Positions 40,801-52,464 of a stretch of DNA of 64,000 nucleotides are shown in pieces. The stretch comes from Mobula hypostoma (lineage: Eukaryota). The stretch is taken from NCBI RefSeq assembly GCF_963921235.1, contig NC_086108.1:63676001-63740000 (forward strand), read 5' to 3'. The notes beneath the pieces are model-generated. The model saw only the letters and a list, made by a program, of their open reading frames with translations. It had not been told where the DNA came from and made no database searches. A program made the translations under genes and the position numbers. The first letter of the stretch is position 1. Every line of letters starts with the position of its first letter.

Positions 40801-41730
40801 AAAAAACATGCAAAAAACAGAAATCCTGTACTGTATATTAAAAAAAAGTGAGGTAGTGTCCAAGGGTTCAATGTCCATTTAGGAATCATTTGGCAGAAGG
40901 GAAGAAGCTGTCCCTGAATTACTGAGTGTGTGCCTTCAGGCGTCTGTACCTCCTACCTGAAGGTAACAGTGAGAAAAGGTCATGCCCTGGGTGCTTAGTT
41001 ATTTCCTTATTTCCTTAGTTATTCAAGGCTGGCTCTCCCTACCCTTACTGCCCTTGCTTTTAACTGGAATATACTTTTGCTGAGCACTGTGAAAAATCTC
41101 TTTGAAAGTCTTCCACTGTTCCTCAATTGTCCCACTATATAGCCTGTGATCCCAGTCTACATTAGCAAAATCCTCATTCATCCCATTGTAGTATCCATTG
41201 TTTAGGACAATGTTAATCCATTGTTTAAATACACTGGTTTTAGATTGAACGATTGCATCCTCTATTTGTATGAGAAATACAATCATACTGTGATCACACT
41301 TTCCAAGAGGATCCCTAACTACAAGATCAATAATTTTACCTGTTTTATTGCACAGGACCAGATCAAAGATAACACATTCCCTTGTAGGCTCAGTAACATG
41401 CTGTTGAAGAAAGCCACCATGGATGCATTCTATGAAGTCCTCCTCAAGACTGCCTTGACCAACTCGATTCACCCAATCTATGTGCAAGTTAAAGTCCCCC
41501 ATGATAACTGCTGTTCCACTCTTACATGCCTCAAATATTTCTCTGTTTATTGCCTGTGCTACTGTAATGTTATTAATCGGTGGCCGATAGACAACTCCCA
41601 CCAGTGATTTTTTCCCTTTACTATTCCTAATCTCTACCCAGATGGATTCAACATTCTGCTCTTCAGATCTTATATCATCTCTCACTATCGCCCTGATCTT
41701 ATCTTTAAATAAGAGTGCTACCCTACCTAT
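37884..41730 (-). mobile_element. CR1 ORF2 (endonuclease and RT, decayed) with nested plus-strand CR1 (about 39510-40247) and a Rex-like 3' end (about 40631-40995)
   Basis: ESIWVEIRN...VYRPP...MGDFN (41023-41685); SPGPDGMHPRV...QHGF...KAFDKVPH (38993-39463); (TCTTATGT)n-type tail at 37878-37897. Confidence 0.92.
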
Positions 41731-41749
41731 GATAATTTAATTAATTATT

Positions 41750-42004
41750 GAGATTCAGTGTGGAACTGGCCCTTCAAGCCATGTCTCCCAGCAATCCCCC
41801 AATTTATTCTGAGCCTAATCATGGGACAATTTACAATGACGCATTAACCTACCAACCAGTACGTCTTTGGACTGTGGGAGGAAACTGGAGCACCCGGAGG
41901 AAACTCTCGTGGTCACGGGAAGAACGTACAAACTCATTACAGACTGTGGCAGGAATTCAACTGGGGTCACCGGTATTGTAGAGCGTGGGGCTAACCACTA
42001 CGCT
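41750..42004 (-). mobile_element. tRNA-derived SINE with V-domain
   Basis: Minus strand begins AGCGTAGTGGTTAG (box A-like) and contains TTTCCTCCGGGTGCTCCAGTTTCCTCCCAC, the V-SINE signature. Decayed relatives lie at about 6990-7260, 27520-27830, 44320-44545 and 55365-55620. Confidence 0.8.
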
Positions 42005-42224
42005 GTCTGATTCTGACTCCTTGGCTCATCCACAGTGCTGTGGCGAGAGTCCCAAGAATTCAGTTCAGTGCGTGGAGACGTTAGAATGGAGGCTGTTGGT
42101 GGGAAAATAAATCATTTGTTACCTGATTCTGTGGTGTGCCAGTGTGGCACACCCTGTACTCTACCTTGGTTGTATAAACTCATGGGCAGAAGGAGACCAT
42201 TTAGCACATTGTGCCATACATTTA

Positions 42225-43817
42225 CAAACCCCATTTCCAGAAAAGTTGGGATATTTTCCAAAATGCAATAAAAACAAAAATCTGTGATATGTTAATTCAC
42301 GTGAACCTTTATTTAACTGACAAAAGTACAAAGAAAAGATTTTCAATAGTTTTACTGACCAATTTAATTGTATTTTGTAAACATACACAAATTTAGAATT
42401 TGATGGCTGCAACACACTCAACAAAAGTTGGGACAGAGGCATGTTTACCATTGTGTTACATCACCTTTCCTTTTAATAACACCTTTTAATCGTTTTGGAA
42501 CTGAGGGTACTAATTGTAGTAGATTTTCAATTGGAAATTTTGTCCATTCTTGCTTGATATAAGACTTCAGCTGCTCAACAGTCTGTGGTCTCCATTGTCT
42601 GATTCTCCTCTTAATGATGCGCCATACATTTTCAATAGGAGATAGATCTGGACTGGCAACAGGTCAGTCAAGCACACGCACTCTGTGTCTACAAAGCCAT
42701 GCTGTTGTAGCCCGTGCAGAATGTGGTCTGGCATTGTCCTGCTGAAATAAGCATGGACGTCCCGGGAAGAGACGTCGCCTTGATGGCAACATATGCCTCC
42801 CTAAAATCCTAATATACGCCTCAGAGTCAATGGTACCTTCACATACATGCAACTCACCCATGCCGTGGGCACTGATGCACCCCCATACCATCACAGGTGC
42901 TGGCTTTTGCACCTTTCGCTGATAACAATTTGGATGGTTGTTTTCATCTTTGGCACGGAGAACTTGACGCACGTTTTTTCCGAAAACTAGCTGAAATATG
43001 GACTCATCTGACCACAGCACACGGTTCCACAGTCTTTCGGTCCATCTGAGATAAGCTCGGGCCCAGAGAACTCACCGGTGTTTCTGCATAGAGTTGATGT
43101 ATGGCTTCCTCCTTGCGTAATACAGTTTCAAGTTGCATTTCTGGATGCAGCGATGGACCATGTTGAGTGACAATGGTTTTCCGAAGTACTCCCGAGCCCA
43201 GGTGGCTATAATTGTCACAGTAGCATGACGGTTTCTTAGGCAGTGCCGCCTGAGGGCTCGAAGATCACGCGCATTCAACAGTAGTTTCCGACCTTGCCCT
43301 TTATGCACTGAGTTCTCTGAATCTTTTCACAATATTATCTACTGTAGATGTTGAAAGACCTAAATTCTCTGCAATCTTGCATTGAGAAATGTTCCTTTTG
43401 AACTGACTAACAATTCTCTCATGAATTTTGGCACAAAGGGGTGAGCCATGACCCATCCTTGCTTGCAAAGACTGAGCGTTTGATGGGCGCTACCTTTATA
43501 GCTAGTCATGATACCTCACCTGCTACCAATTAGCTTGCTTAATGTGGAGTCTTCCAAACTGGTGTTACTTGAATATTCTGTGCACTTTTCAATCTTATTT
43601 TAACTCTGTCCCAACTTTTGTTGAGTGTGTTGCAGCCATCAAATTCTAAATTTGTGTATGTTTACAAAATACAATTAAGTTGGTTAGTAAAACTATTGAA
43701 AATCTTTTCTTTGTACTTTTGTCAGTTAAATAAAGGTTCACGTGGATTAACATATCACAGATTTTTGTTTTTATTGCATTTTGGAAAATATCCCAACTTT
43801 TCTGGAAATGGGGTTTG
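42225..43817 (-). mobile_element. Full-length Tc1-family transposon (DD34E) with long IR/DR-type TIRs; transposase inactivated
   Basis: TA at 42223-42224 and 43818-43819. TIRs of about 213 bp (42225-42438 and 43604-43817), each containing AAAGTTGGGA twice. Motifs WSDES, QQDNARPH and SPDLSPIE with 34 residues between D and E; stop codon at 42664. Confidence 0.97.
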
Positions 43818-44135
43818 TAGGTTAGTCCTATTTCCCAGTCCTTAGTCCATGTCTTTGAAAGTTGTGGCTCTTCAGAAGTTCATCCCACAAGCTTTTCAAT
43901 GTGCTGAGGTTTTCTGCTTTCACCATGTTTTTCAGACGGGTTACAGACCACTGCCATTCATCTCAAATGCAGTTTCAGAGACAGGCACAGAGGAACACGT
44001 CAGTGCAGCATCTTGCATACCTTCAATGAAGTGGCTAAATGGTTAGCTGTGACACAGGCCACATGCCTGTTAGAAGGCTAATGCTGTTTACACTGGTTAG
44101 AGTTTGGCAGCAAAGTGGCACAGCTACCTCAGCCA

Positions 44136-44270
44136 TCAAAGTTGCTGGTGAACGCAGCAGGCCAGGCAGCATCTTCCTAGAGATGCTGCCTGGCCTGCTG
44201 CGTTCACCAGCAACTTTGATGTGTGCTGCTTGAATTTCCAGCATCTGCAGAATTCCTCTTGTTTGCGTTT
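44136..44270. mobile_element. Tiny PLE pseudo-LTR insertion with terminal inversion
   Basis: 41-bp perfect inverted repeat; flanked by CAGCTACCTSAGCCA at 44121-44135 and 44271-44285. Confidence 0.9.
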
Positions 44271-44784
44271 CAGCTACCTGAGCCACTGCCTTACAGTGCT
44301 AGTGACCTGATCTATAGTGAGAAATGTCCATGTTTTCTCAGTGACTGGATGGGCTCACTCCTTGTGCTTCCCCTATTCCCAAGAATGTGGTTTGATAGGT
44401 TCACTTAGCACTGTAATTTGTCCTTACTTTGTAGCTGGGTGGTGAATCTAGTATTTTGGGGGTGTGGATGTGGGTTACGTGGGAAAAATAAAATGGAATT
44501 TATCTAAATGGGCGAGCTAAAGACCCTGCTTCCATGCTGCATGACTAAGAATTTGTAGTTAATCTGCGGATGAAAAATGTATTTATTTGTACTTATTTGT
44601 CTATCTTGATCTACTTTCTCCTGGGTTAGAGGCTTCCTTTGGTGTAGCTTTCAAAGTTACAACAGCCCATAATACTTTCAACAGAGGGGGATCTCAGCCA
44701 GACACTTCACTGTTGTATTGAAGTGACAAAGGGGATCTCTGTAAGAGGAACAAATCTGTAAGAAGAACGAGTGCTATATCTGGT

Positions 44785-45090
44785 TAACACGTGGCCAAGT
44801 GGTTAAGGCATTGGACTAGCTACCTGAAGGTCCTGAGTTCGAGCCCCAGCCGAGGGAACGTGTTGTGTCCTTGAGCAAGGCACTTTATCACACATTGCTC
44901 TGCGACGACACTGGTGCCAAGCTGTATGGGTCCTAATGCCCTTCCCTTGGACAACATTGGTGTCATGGAGAGGGGAGACTTGCAGCATGGGCAATTGCTG
45001 GTCTTCCATACAACCTTGCCCAGGCCTGCATCCTGGAGAATGAAGACTTTCCAGGCACAGATCCATGGTCTCGCAAGACTAACGGATGCT
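44785..45090 (+). mobile_element. tRNA-derived SINE with CORE-like segment
   Basis: Box A TGGCCAAGTGG (44792-44802), box B GTTCGAGCC (44837-44845), followed by GTGTCCTTGAGCAAGGCACTT. Confidence 0.8.
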
Positions 45091-45850
45091 ACACCTGACC
45101 CTACACCTCCTCCCTCACCACCATTTGGAGCCCCAAACAGTCCTTCCAGGTAAGATGACACTTCACTTGTGAGTCTGTCAGGGTCATCAACTCTTTCCGG
45201 TGCTTCCAGTGCAGTTTCCTCTACATCGGTGAGACCCGACATAGATTGGGGTTCTAATTTGCTAAGCACCTTCACTCTGTCCACCACAGAAGGCAGGTTT
45301 TCCTGGTGGCCACCCATTTCAATTTGACTTCTGATTCTCATTCCAACATGTCAGTCCATGGCCTCCTCTACAACCACTATGAGACTATACCAAGGTTGGA
45401 GGAACAACACCATATATTTCATCTGGATAGCATGAAGATCAGTTTGTCTAACATCTGCTAATTTCTCTCTCCCTCCCTATTCTCTCTTTTCATTTACCAT
45501 TGTCCCTTCTCTTCCCCTCACCTGCCCATCACCTCCCTCAGGTTTCCCTCCTTTTTCTCTTTCTTCCATCACCATCCTTCTCATTCAGCCCTTTGCCTCT
45601 TCCACCTATCACCTGCCAGCTTCCCTCTTCAACCCCTGCCTTACCCACTCACCTTGCCTCTCGTCTACTTCCACCTACCACCTGCCAGCTTTCCACTTCA
45701 ACCCCTGCCTTACCCACTCACCTTGCCCCTCATCTGCTTCCACCTATCACCTTCTTATTCTGGCTTTTGCCCTTTCCTTTGAAGGGTCTTGGCCAGAAGT
45801 GTTGACTGTTTATTTTCATCTATAGATGCTGTTTGACCTGCTCTTTGCAG
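45091..45850 (+). mobile_element. Decayed PLE GIY-YIG region and pseudo-LTR
   Basis: Colinear with 3910-4640; includes a local tandem duplication of about 60 bp at 45590-45750. Confidence 0.85.
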
Positions 45851-47829
45851 GAATTGATGATATAGAATAAAAGAGTCATGGATGTTTATACCTTGTGAGA
45901 AGGACATTAGGTTAGTGTGCTCATCATGCCTATGCTGACTGAAAGTGAGCCACTTACTAGCTCTTATCTGTGTCCCTGCGGGGCACTGAACGTTCATCCA
46001 TATACTCTTTAAATATGATGCAGATTTCACACACCATTACAGGCAGTGAAATATAGACCCCACTTTTGAATGTAAATAGTTTCCTCAACTCCCTTGATAT
46101 TTTTCTATCACCTTACATTCCTGGCCCCCGTTTATTTTTACATGTTTTCATAGGTTTATTCCTTGCCATTTTATATAGGCCTCTCATAATTTTACTCCTG
46201 TTAAACGTGTATAATATTGTACAAGAAACAAAGAAACAAAATGTGAAATAATACCAATTTGCTTTGAGGTCACCTGATAATAAATGAAAGGACTATTTTA
46301 ACAGAGCAATAGTGTAAAATGGCTTTTGTTTTCATTGAATTCAATATCTTTTGTTTAAAGCTGCTACGAAAGTCAAATTTGCACACTAGAATGACAGATC
46401 AAAGCCCCTACAGCGAATCTGCCAATTTATCCTCCCTGGAGGATTGACTCTCGCCCAGATTGGCCAGCACTGCCTGATGCATTCAGAGTTTATACTTCGC
46501 AGGTGGCTGGACAATGAGGCAAATGTATTGCAGGTGCCACAAACCCAATCATCTGCAAACATTGAACATACATTCCACTATTCTGAGCACAGCCTCAGGA
46601 CACCTGTGTCACTGACAGGCGGCATCACTGTTATTCTCCATTAGCGCAGGACAATATTCCTGTTGCATATATAATTATCAGCATTTGTTTTTAAAATGTC
46701 TGAATCAGGCGCAAGTTTATTAGAAATCTATTTTTTTAAAAATGATACGTTTCAGTGATTTGCTATTGTTCTTAATTGCTAGCTTGTTTTCCCCCCTTCT
46801 CTTTCACAGCTGTTGGCCACATTTCACAGTAGACGTCATTAATTACTTGATACCAGGATAGAGTCTTTTATCGCTGGTTTCCATCTTAGTACATGAATGC
46901 AATCCAATGCTTCTGTTTTTTTTTGCGTGTGGGTCATGAAGTTCACCAGCTGCAACAAATTATCCAGTTATAGCTTGTAACTTATTAGAAAGTCGTTCTG
47001 CCATATTTACTTACAGCTGCGTTGGCTTAATTTTCATCATGGTTAAATATGAAAATATATCATCCAATTAGTGGAAAATTATTGAAGATCTTATTCTGCA
47101 GTAGATTTTTTTGTTAAATTTCCTTGTTTACCTTTTTTACAGGTTTTGCTGTCTATTGGTGTCTTTGAAGGACAAGAGAAATATTATTTTCAGATGCTGT
47201 TTGATAATAGATCAAACAGAGTATTTAACTATTTGTAGTTTTTGATGGATAAAGTGACAGTGTGATCCTTGAAAGGTTGATCAGAAAGTTGTTCCTTTGT
47301 TGATACAGTACACCCAGAACCAGAATCATAAATAAAAGGGCACCGCAAACCAGCTTGTCGTACACTCAGATCATGATTAATCCTGTGCTTCACTTGGTAA
47401 TATGCTCTACAGTTAACTACAGCTTACAATGTAATCTTGCTTCTTTTTTTCAAAAGTACAAAGATCAAAGTCCATTTATTATATATACTGTATACAACCC
47501 TGAGACTCATCTCACAGAGAGCCACAAAGCAAAGAAACCCAATAGAACTGATTAAAAAGAGACCATCAAACACCCAATGTTCAGAAAAATAAAACAAATC
47601 ATACAAACAATAAAACATTCAGAACTGAAGTTCACAAAAGCAAGTCCACAGCCACAAAGCCAGGCACAGCCGATCCAAGTTAATTGCAGGCCACAGCATC
47701 AGTTCAGCACAGAGACGAGTAAACCTTGTGGAGCAGTGAGCCGAACACTGGCCCGTCTCTCACCTCCAGCACCAATGCCAGACCTTTTCAATCTGGCTCA
47801 GTGCTTCAACTGGTCAAACCTCAGGTCAT

Positions 47830-50064
47830 AGAAACATAGAAAATAGGTGCAGGAGTAGGCCATTCGGTCCTTCGAGCCTGCACCGCCATTTATTATGATC
47901 ATGGCTGATCATCCAACTCAGAACCCCGCCCCAGCCTTCCCTCCATACCCCCTGACCCCCGTACCCCTGTGTGGGACCTTGTCAAAAGCCTTTTGAAAAT
48001 CCAAATATACCACATCCACTGGTTCTCCCCTATCCACTCTACTAGTTACATCCTCAAAAAATTCTATGAGATTCGTCAGACATGATTTTCCTTTCACAAA
48101 TCCATGCTGACTTTGTCCAATCATTTCACTGCTTTCCAAATGTGCTGTTATCACATCCTTGATAACTGACTCCAGCAGTTTCCCCACCACCGACATTAGG
48201 CTAACTGGTCTATAATTCCCCGGTTTCTCTCTCCCTCCTTTTTTAAAAAGTGGGGTTACATTAGCCACCCTCCAATCCTCAGGAACTAGTCCAGAATCTA
48301 ACGAGTTTTGAAAAATTATCACTAATGCATCCACTATTTCTTGGGCTACTTCTTTAAGCACTCTAGGATGCAGACCATCTGGCCCTGGGGATTTATCTGC
48401 CTTCAATCCCTTCAATTTACCTAACACCACTTCCCTACTAACATGTATTTCGGTCAGTTCCTCCATCCCACTGGACCCTCTGTCCCTTACTATTTCTGGA
48501 AGATTATTTATGTCCTCCTTAGTGAAGACAGAACCAAAGTAATTATTCAATTGGTCTGCCATGTCCTTGCTCCCCATAATCAATTCACCTGTTTCTGTCT
48601 GCAGGGGACCTACATTTGTCTTTACCAGTCTTTTCCCTTTTACATATCTATAAAAGCTTTTACAGTCCGTTTTTATGTTCCCTGCCAGTTTTCTCTCATA
48701 ATCTTTTTTCCCCTTCCTAATTAATCCCTTTGTCCTCCTCTGCTGAACTCTGAATTTCTCCCAGTCCTCAGGTGAGCCACTTTCTCTGACTAATTTGTAT
48801 GCTTCTTCTTTGGAATTGATACTATCCCTAATTTCTCTTGTCAGCCACAGGTGCACTACCTTCCTTGATTTATTCTTTTGCCAAACTGGGATGAACAATT
48901 GTTGTAGTTCATCCATGCAACCTTTAAATGCTTGCCATTGCATATCCACCGTCAATCCTTTAAGTGTCATTTGCCAGTCTATCTTAGCTAATTCACGTCT
49001 CATACCTTCAAAGTTATCCCTCTTTAAGTTCAGAACCTTTGTTTCTGAATTAACTATGTCACTCTCCATCTTAATGAAGAATTCCACCATATTATGGTCA
49101 CTCTTACCCAAGGGGCCTCTCACGACAAGATCGCTAATTAACCCTTCCTCATTGCTCAAAACCCAGTCCAGAATAGCCTGCTCTCTAGTTGGTTCCTCGA
49201 CACGTTGGTTCAAAAAACCATCCCGCATACATTTCAAGAAATCCCCTTCCTCAGCACCTTTACCAATTTGGTTCACCCAGTCTACATGTAGATTGAAGTC
49301 ACCCATTATAACTGCTGTTCCTTTATTGCACACATTTCTAATTTCCTGTTTAATACCATCTCCAACCTCACTACTACTGTTAGGTGGCCTGTACACAACT
49401 CCCACCAGCGTCTTCTGCCCCTTGGTGTTACGCAGCTCTACCCATATCGATTCCACATCTTCCCGGCTTATGTCCTTCCTTTCTATTGCGTTAATCTCTT
49501 CTTTAACCAGCAACGCCACCCCACCTCCCCTTCCTTCATGTCTATCCCTCCTGAATATTGAATATGCCTGAACGTTGAGCTCCCATCCCTGGTCACCCTG
49601 GAGCCATGTCTCTGTGATCCCAACTATATCATAATCATTAATAACAATCTGCACTTTCAATTCATCCACCTTATTACGAATGCTCCTTGCATTGACACAT
49701 AAAGCCTTCAGGCGCTCTTTTACAACTCTCTTAGCCCTTATACAATTATGTTGAAAAGTGGCCCTTTTTAATGCTTGCCCTGGATTTGTCGGCCTGCCAC
49801 TTTTACTTTTCTCCTTTGTACTTTTTGCTTCTACCCTCACTTTACACCCCTCTGTCTCTCTGCACTGGTTCCCATCCCTCTGTTGTGAACTAACCTCCTC
49901 ATGCCTAGCCTCTTTAATTTGATTCCCACCCCCCAACCGTTCTAGTTTAAAGTCACCTCAGTAGCCCCCGCTAATCTCCCTGCCAGGATATTGGTCCCCC
50001 TAGGATTCAAGTGTAACCCGTCCTTTTTGTACAGGTCACGCCTGCGCCAAAAGAGGTCCCAAAG
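47830..50064 (-). mobile_element. Young CR1: end of ORF1, then open ORF2 with an in-frame deletion of the RT core
   Basis: Open 672-codon frame (47918-49936) with APE motifs and the RT N-terminus; DKVPHR is fused to TGVRGYGGKAGAGF*. TSD AGGTCAT at 47823-47829 and 50065-50071. Confidence 0.95.
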
Positions 50065-51230
50065 AGGTCATGCCTTGCTCTTGGACCTGGGCTCTGCCAC
50101 TTTGATACGCTCTTGGGCCTGGGCCCCATTGCCTCGATTCAGCCTGTACACAACCATTCCAATCGGCCTGGTGCTTAAATCAGCCAAACAGGTAGTTGTT
50201 CCTCGATCTCGGGTCCGGGTCCTGCTATCTCGGCTCTGCCTTGCCTCAGTTCCGTTGCTTCGAATCTTCTCTAAGCCCGCTCAAGGAATGGCCAAAAAAT
50301 TGGCTCTTTCCCCACTCTCGGGCTGGGCCCCGCCGCCTTGATTTGGATCGTACACACCAAGCTGCAACCATCCTGCACCTTCGAGACTTCAGTTCATACT
50401 GCAAAAATGCTAGGTCGTACAGGCAGGTTGAAAGCTCGACTCTGAAAGGGAAGTTACAGGCTATCATTGCAGAGATCATTTTAGAGAAAGAGTGTGAGTA
50501 ATAAAGTAGTTGATAGCTGCATTTGCTGCCAGCAAGTCGTCACTGTGCTAAACTGGAAGCCACCTTCTTTCTGCCTACTTTCTTTCTTCATGTTTCCTCA
50601 TGCTAATTCCTGGAAGGTTCATATGTTGGACCCCTCACTTTTCTAACTGTTCTGGGCAAAACACAAAACCTGCCATGCAGGATCGGCCAAATGTCCCACC
50701 TGATACTCACAGCCAGTGAAGTCTGCTTTAACCCTAGAATGTTTCCAGGTTCATTAAAGTCAGAATGTTTCAAAATCTTTGAAGTTTTTGAAAGGGAGTT
50801 TTGCCTCCAGTTTTCTTTCCTACAGGGTTTGATGTGCATTAAATTGCAGCTTTTTACAAACACACTCACACATACACCCCTTGTAGACAATTGCCTGATG
50901 GTGACTCGTCCAGCCTGAGCCTGTGTGGTATGTGTTTGCCCATCTGAGTAGAGGCAGGAAGTGCTTTGCAGTGCAGTCTACAGCTGCCCTTTCAGGAATT
51001 TGTGGGAACTGTCTAAACTCACATTTGTTTTTCCTCTCTCTAGCCTAGATCAGTGGCCCAATTGTAACTGATCATGTGTCAGAATATAAACCAATGTGTC
51101 TCAATGGCCTGTATTAATTACCAGCTCACCTTTCTCTGAGGGGTCATCTTATACACTGCTGTAAAACTTTTATTCCCACCCAATGACAATGACTTGTTTA
51201 AATAAGATATAAGAGCAGAATTAGGCCATT

Positions 51231-52464
51231 AGAGTGGATAGGGGAGAACCAGTGGATGTGGTATATTTGGATTTTCAAAAGGCTTTTGACAAGGTCCCAC
51301 ACAGGAGATTAGTGTGCAAACTTAAAGCACATGGTATTGGGGGTAAGGTATTGGTGTGGGTGGAGAATTGGTTAGCAGACAGGAAGCAAAGAGTGGGAAT
51401 AAACGAGACCTTTTCAGAATGGCAGGCGGTGACTAGTGGGGTACCGCAAGGCTCAGTGCTGGGACCCCAGTTGTTTACAATATATATTAATGACTTGGAT
51501 GAGGGAATTAAATGCAGCATCTCCAAGTTTGCGGATGACACGAAGCTGGGTGGCAGTGTTAGCAGTGAGGAGGATGCTAAGAGGATGCAGGGTGACTTGG
51601 ATAGGTTGGGTGAGTGGGCAAACTCATGGCAGATGCAATTTAATGTGGATAAATGTGAAGTTATCCACTTTGGTGGCAAAAATAGGAAAACAGATTATTA
51701 TCTGAATGGTGGCCGATTAGGAAAAGGGGAGGTGCAACGAGACCTGGGTGTCATTATACACCAGTCATTGAAAGTGGGCATGCAGGTACAGCAGGCGGTG
51801 AAAAAGGCGAACGGTATACTGGCATTTATAGCGAGAGGATTCGAGTACAGGAGCAGGGAGGTACTACTGCAGTTGTACAAGGCCTTGGTGAGACCACACC
51901 TGGAGTATTGTGTGCAGTTTTGGTCCCCTAATCTGAGGAAAGACATCCTTGCCATAGAGGGAGTACAAAGAAGGTTCACCAGATTGATTCCTGGGATGGC
52001 AGGTCTTTCATATGAAGAAAGACTGGATGAACTGGGCTTGTACTCGTTGGAATTTAGAAGATTGAGGGGGGATCTGATTGAAACGTATAAGATCCTAAAG
52101 GGATTGGACAGGCTAGATGCGGGAAGATTGTTCCCGATGTTGGGGAGGTCTAGAACGAGGGGTCACAGTTTGAGGATAGAGGGGAAGCCTTTTAGGACCG
52201 AGGTTAGGAAAAACTTCTTCACACAGAGAGTGGTGAATCTGTGGAATTCTCTGCCACAGCAAACTGTTGAGGCCAGTTCATTAGCTATGTTTAAAAGGAA
52301 GTTAGATATGGCCCTTGTGGCTACAGGGGTCAGGGGGTATGGAGGGAAGGCTGGGGCGGGGTTCTGAGTTGGATGATCAGCCATGATCATAATAAATGGC
52401 GGTGCAGGCTCGAAGGGTCGAATGGCCTACTCCTGCACCTATTTTCTATGTTTCTATGTTTCTA
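51231..52464 (+). mobile_element. Young 5'-truncated CR1 (RT core to 3' tail)
   Basis: Open 377-codon frame with SGVPQGSVLGP and KFADD; (TTTCTATG)n tail; inserted into an older CR1 3' UTR. Confidence 0.97.

Noticed and set aside
44785..44860. tRNA gene
   Set aside because: Has A and B boxes but no clean cloverleaf or oligo-T terminator, and continues into a SINE body.
48795..49571. 258-aa plus-strand ORF and similar antisense ORFs over CR1, PLE and gypsy copies
   Set aside because: Shadow frames of transposon coding sequence.
50603..50918. Overlapping short ORFs and a minus-strand GTGAGT donor near 50705
   Set aside because: No recognisable protein and no supported partner exon.
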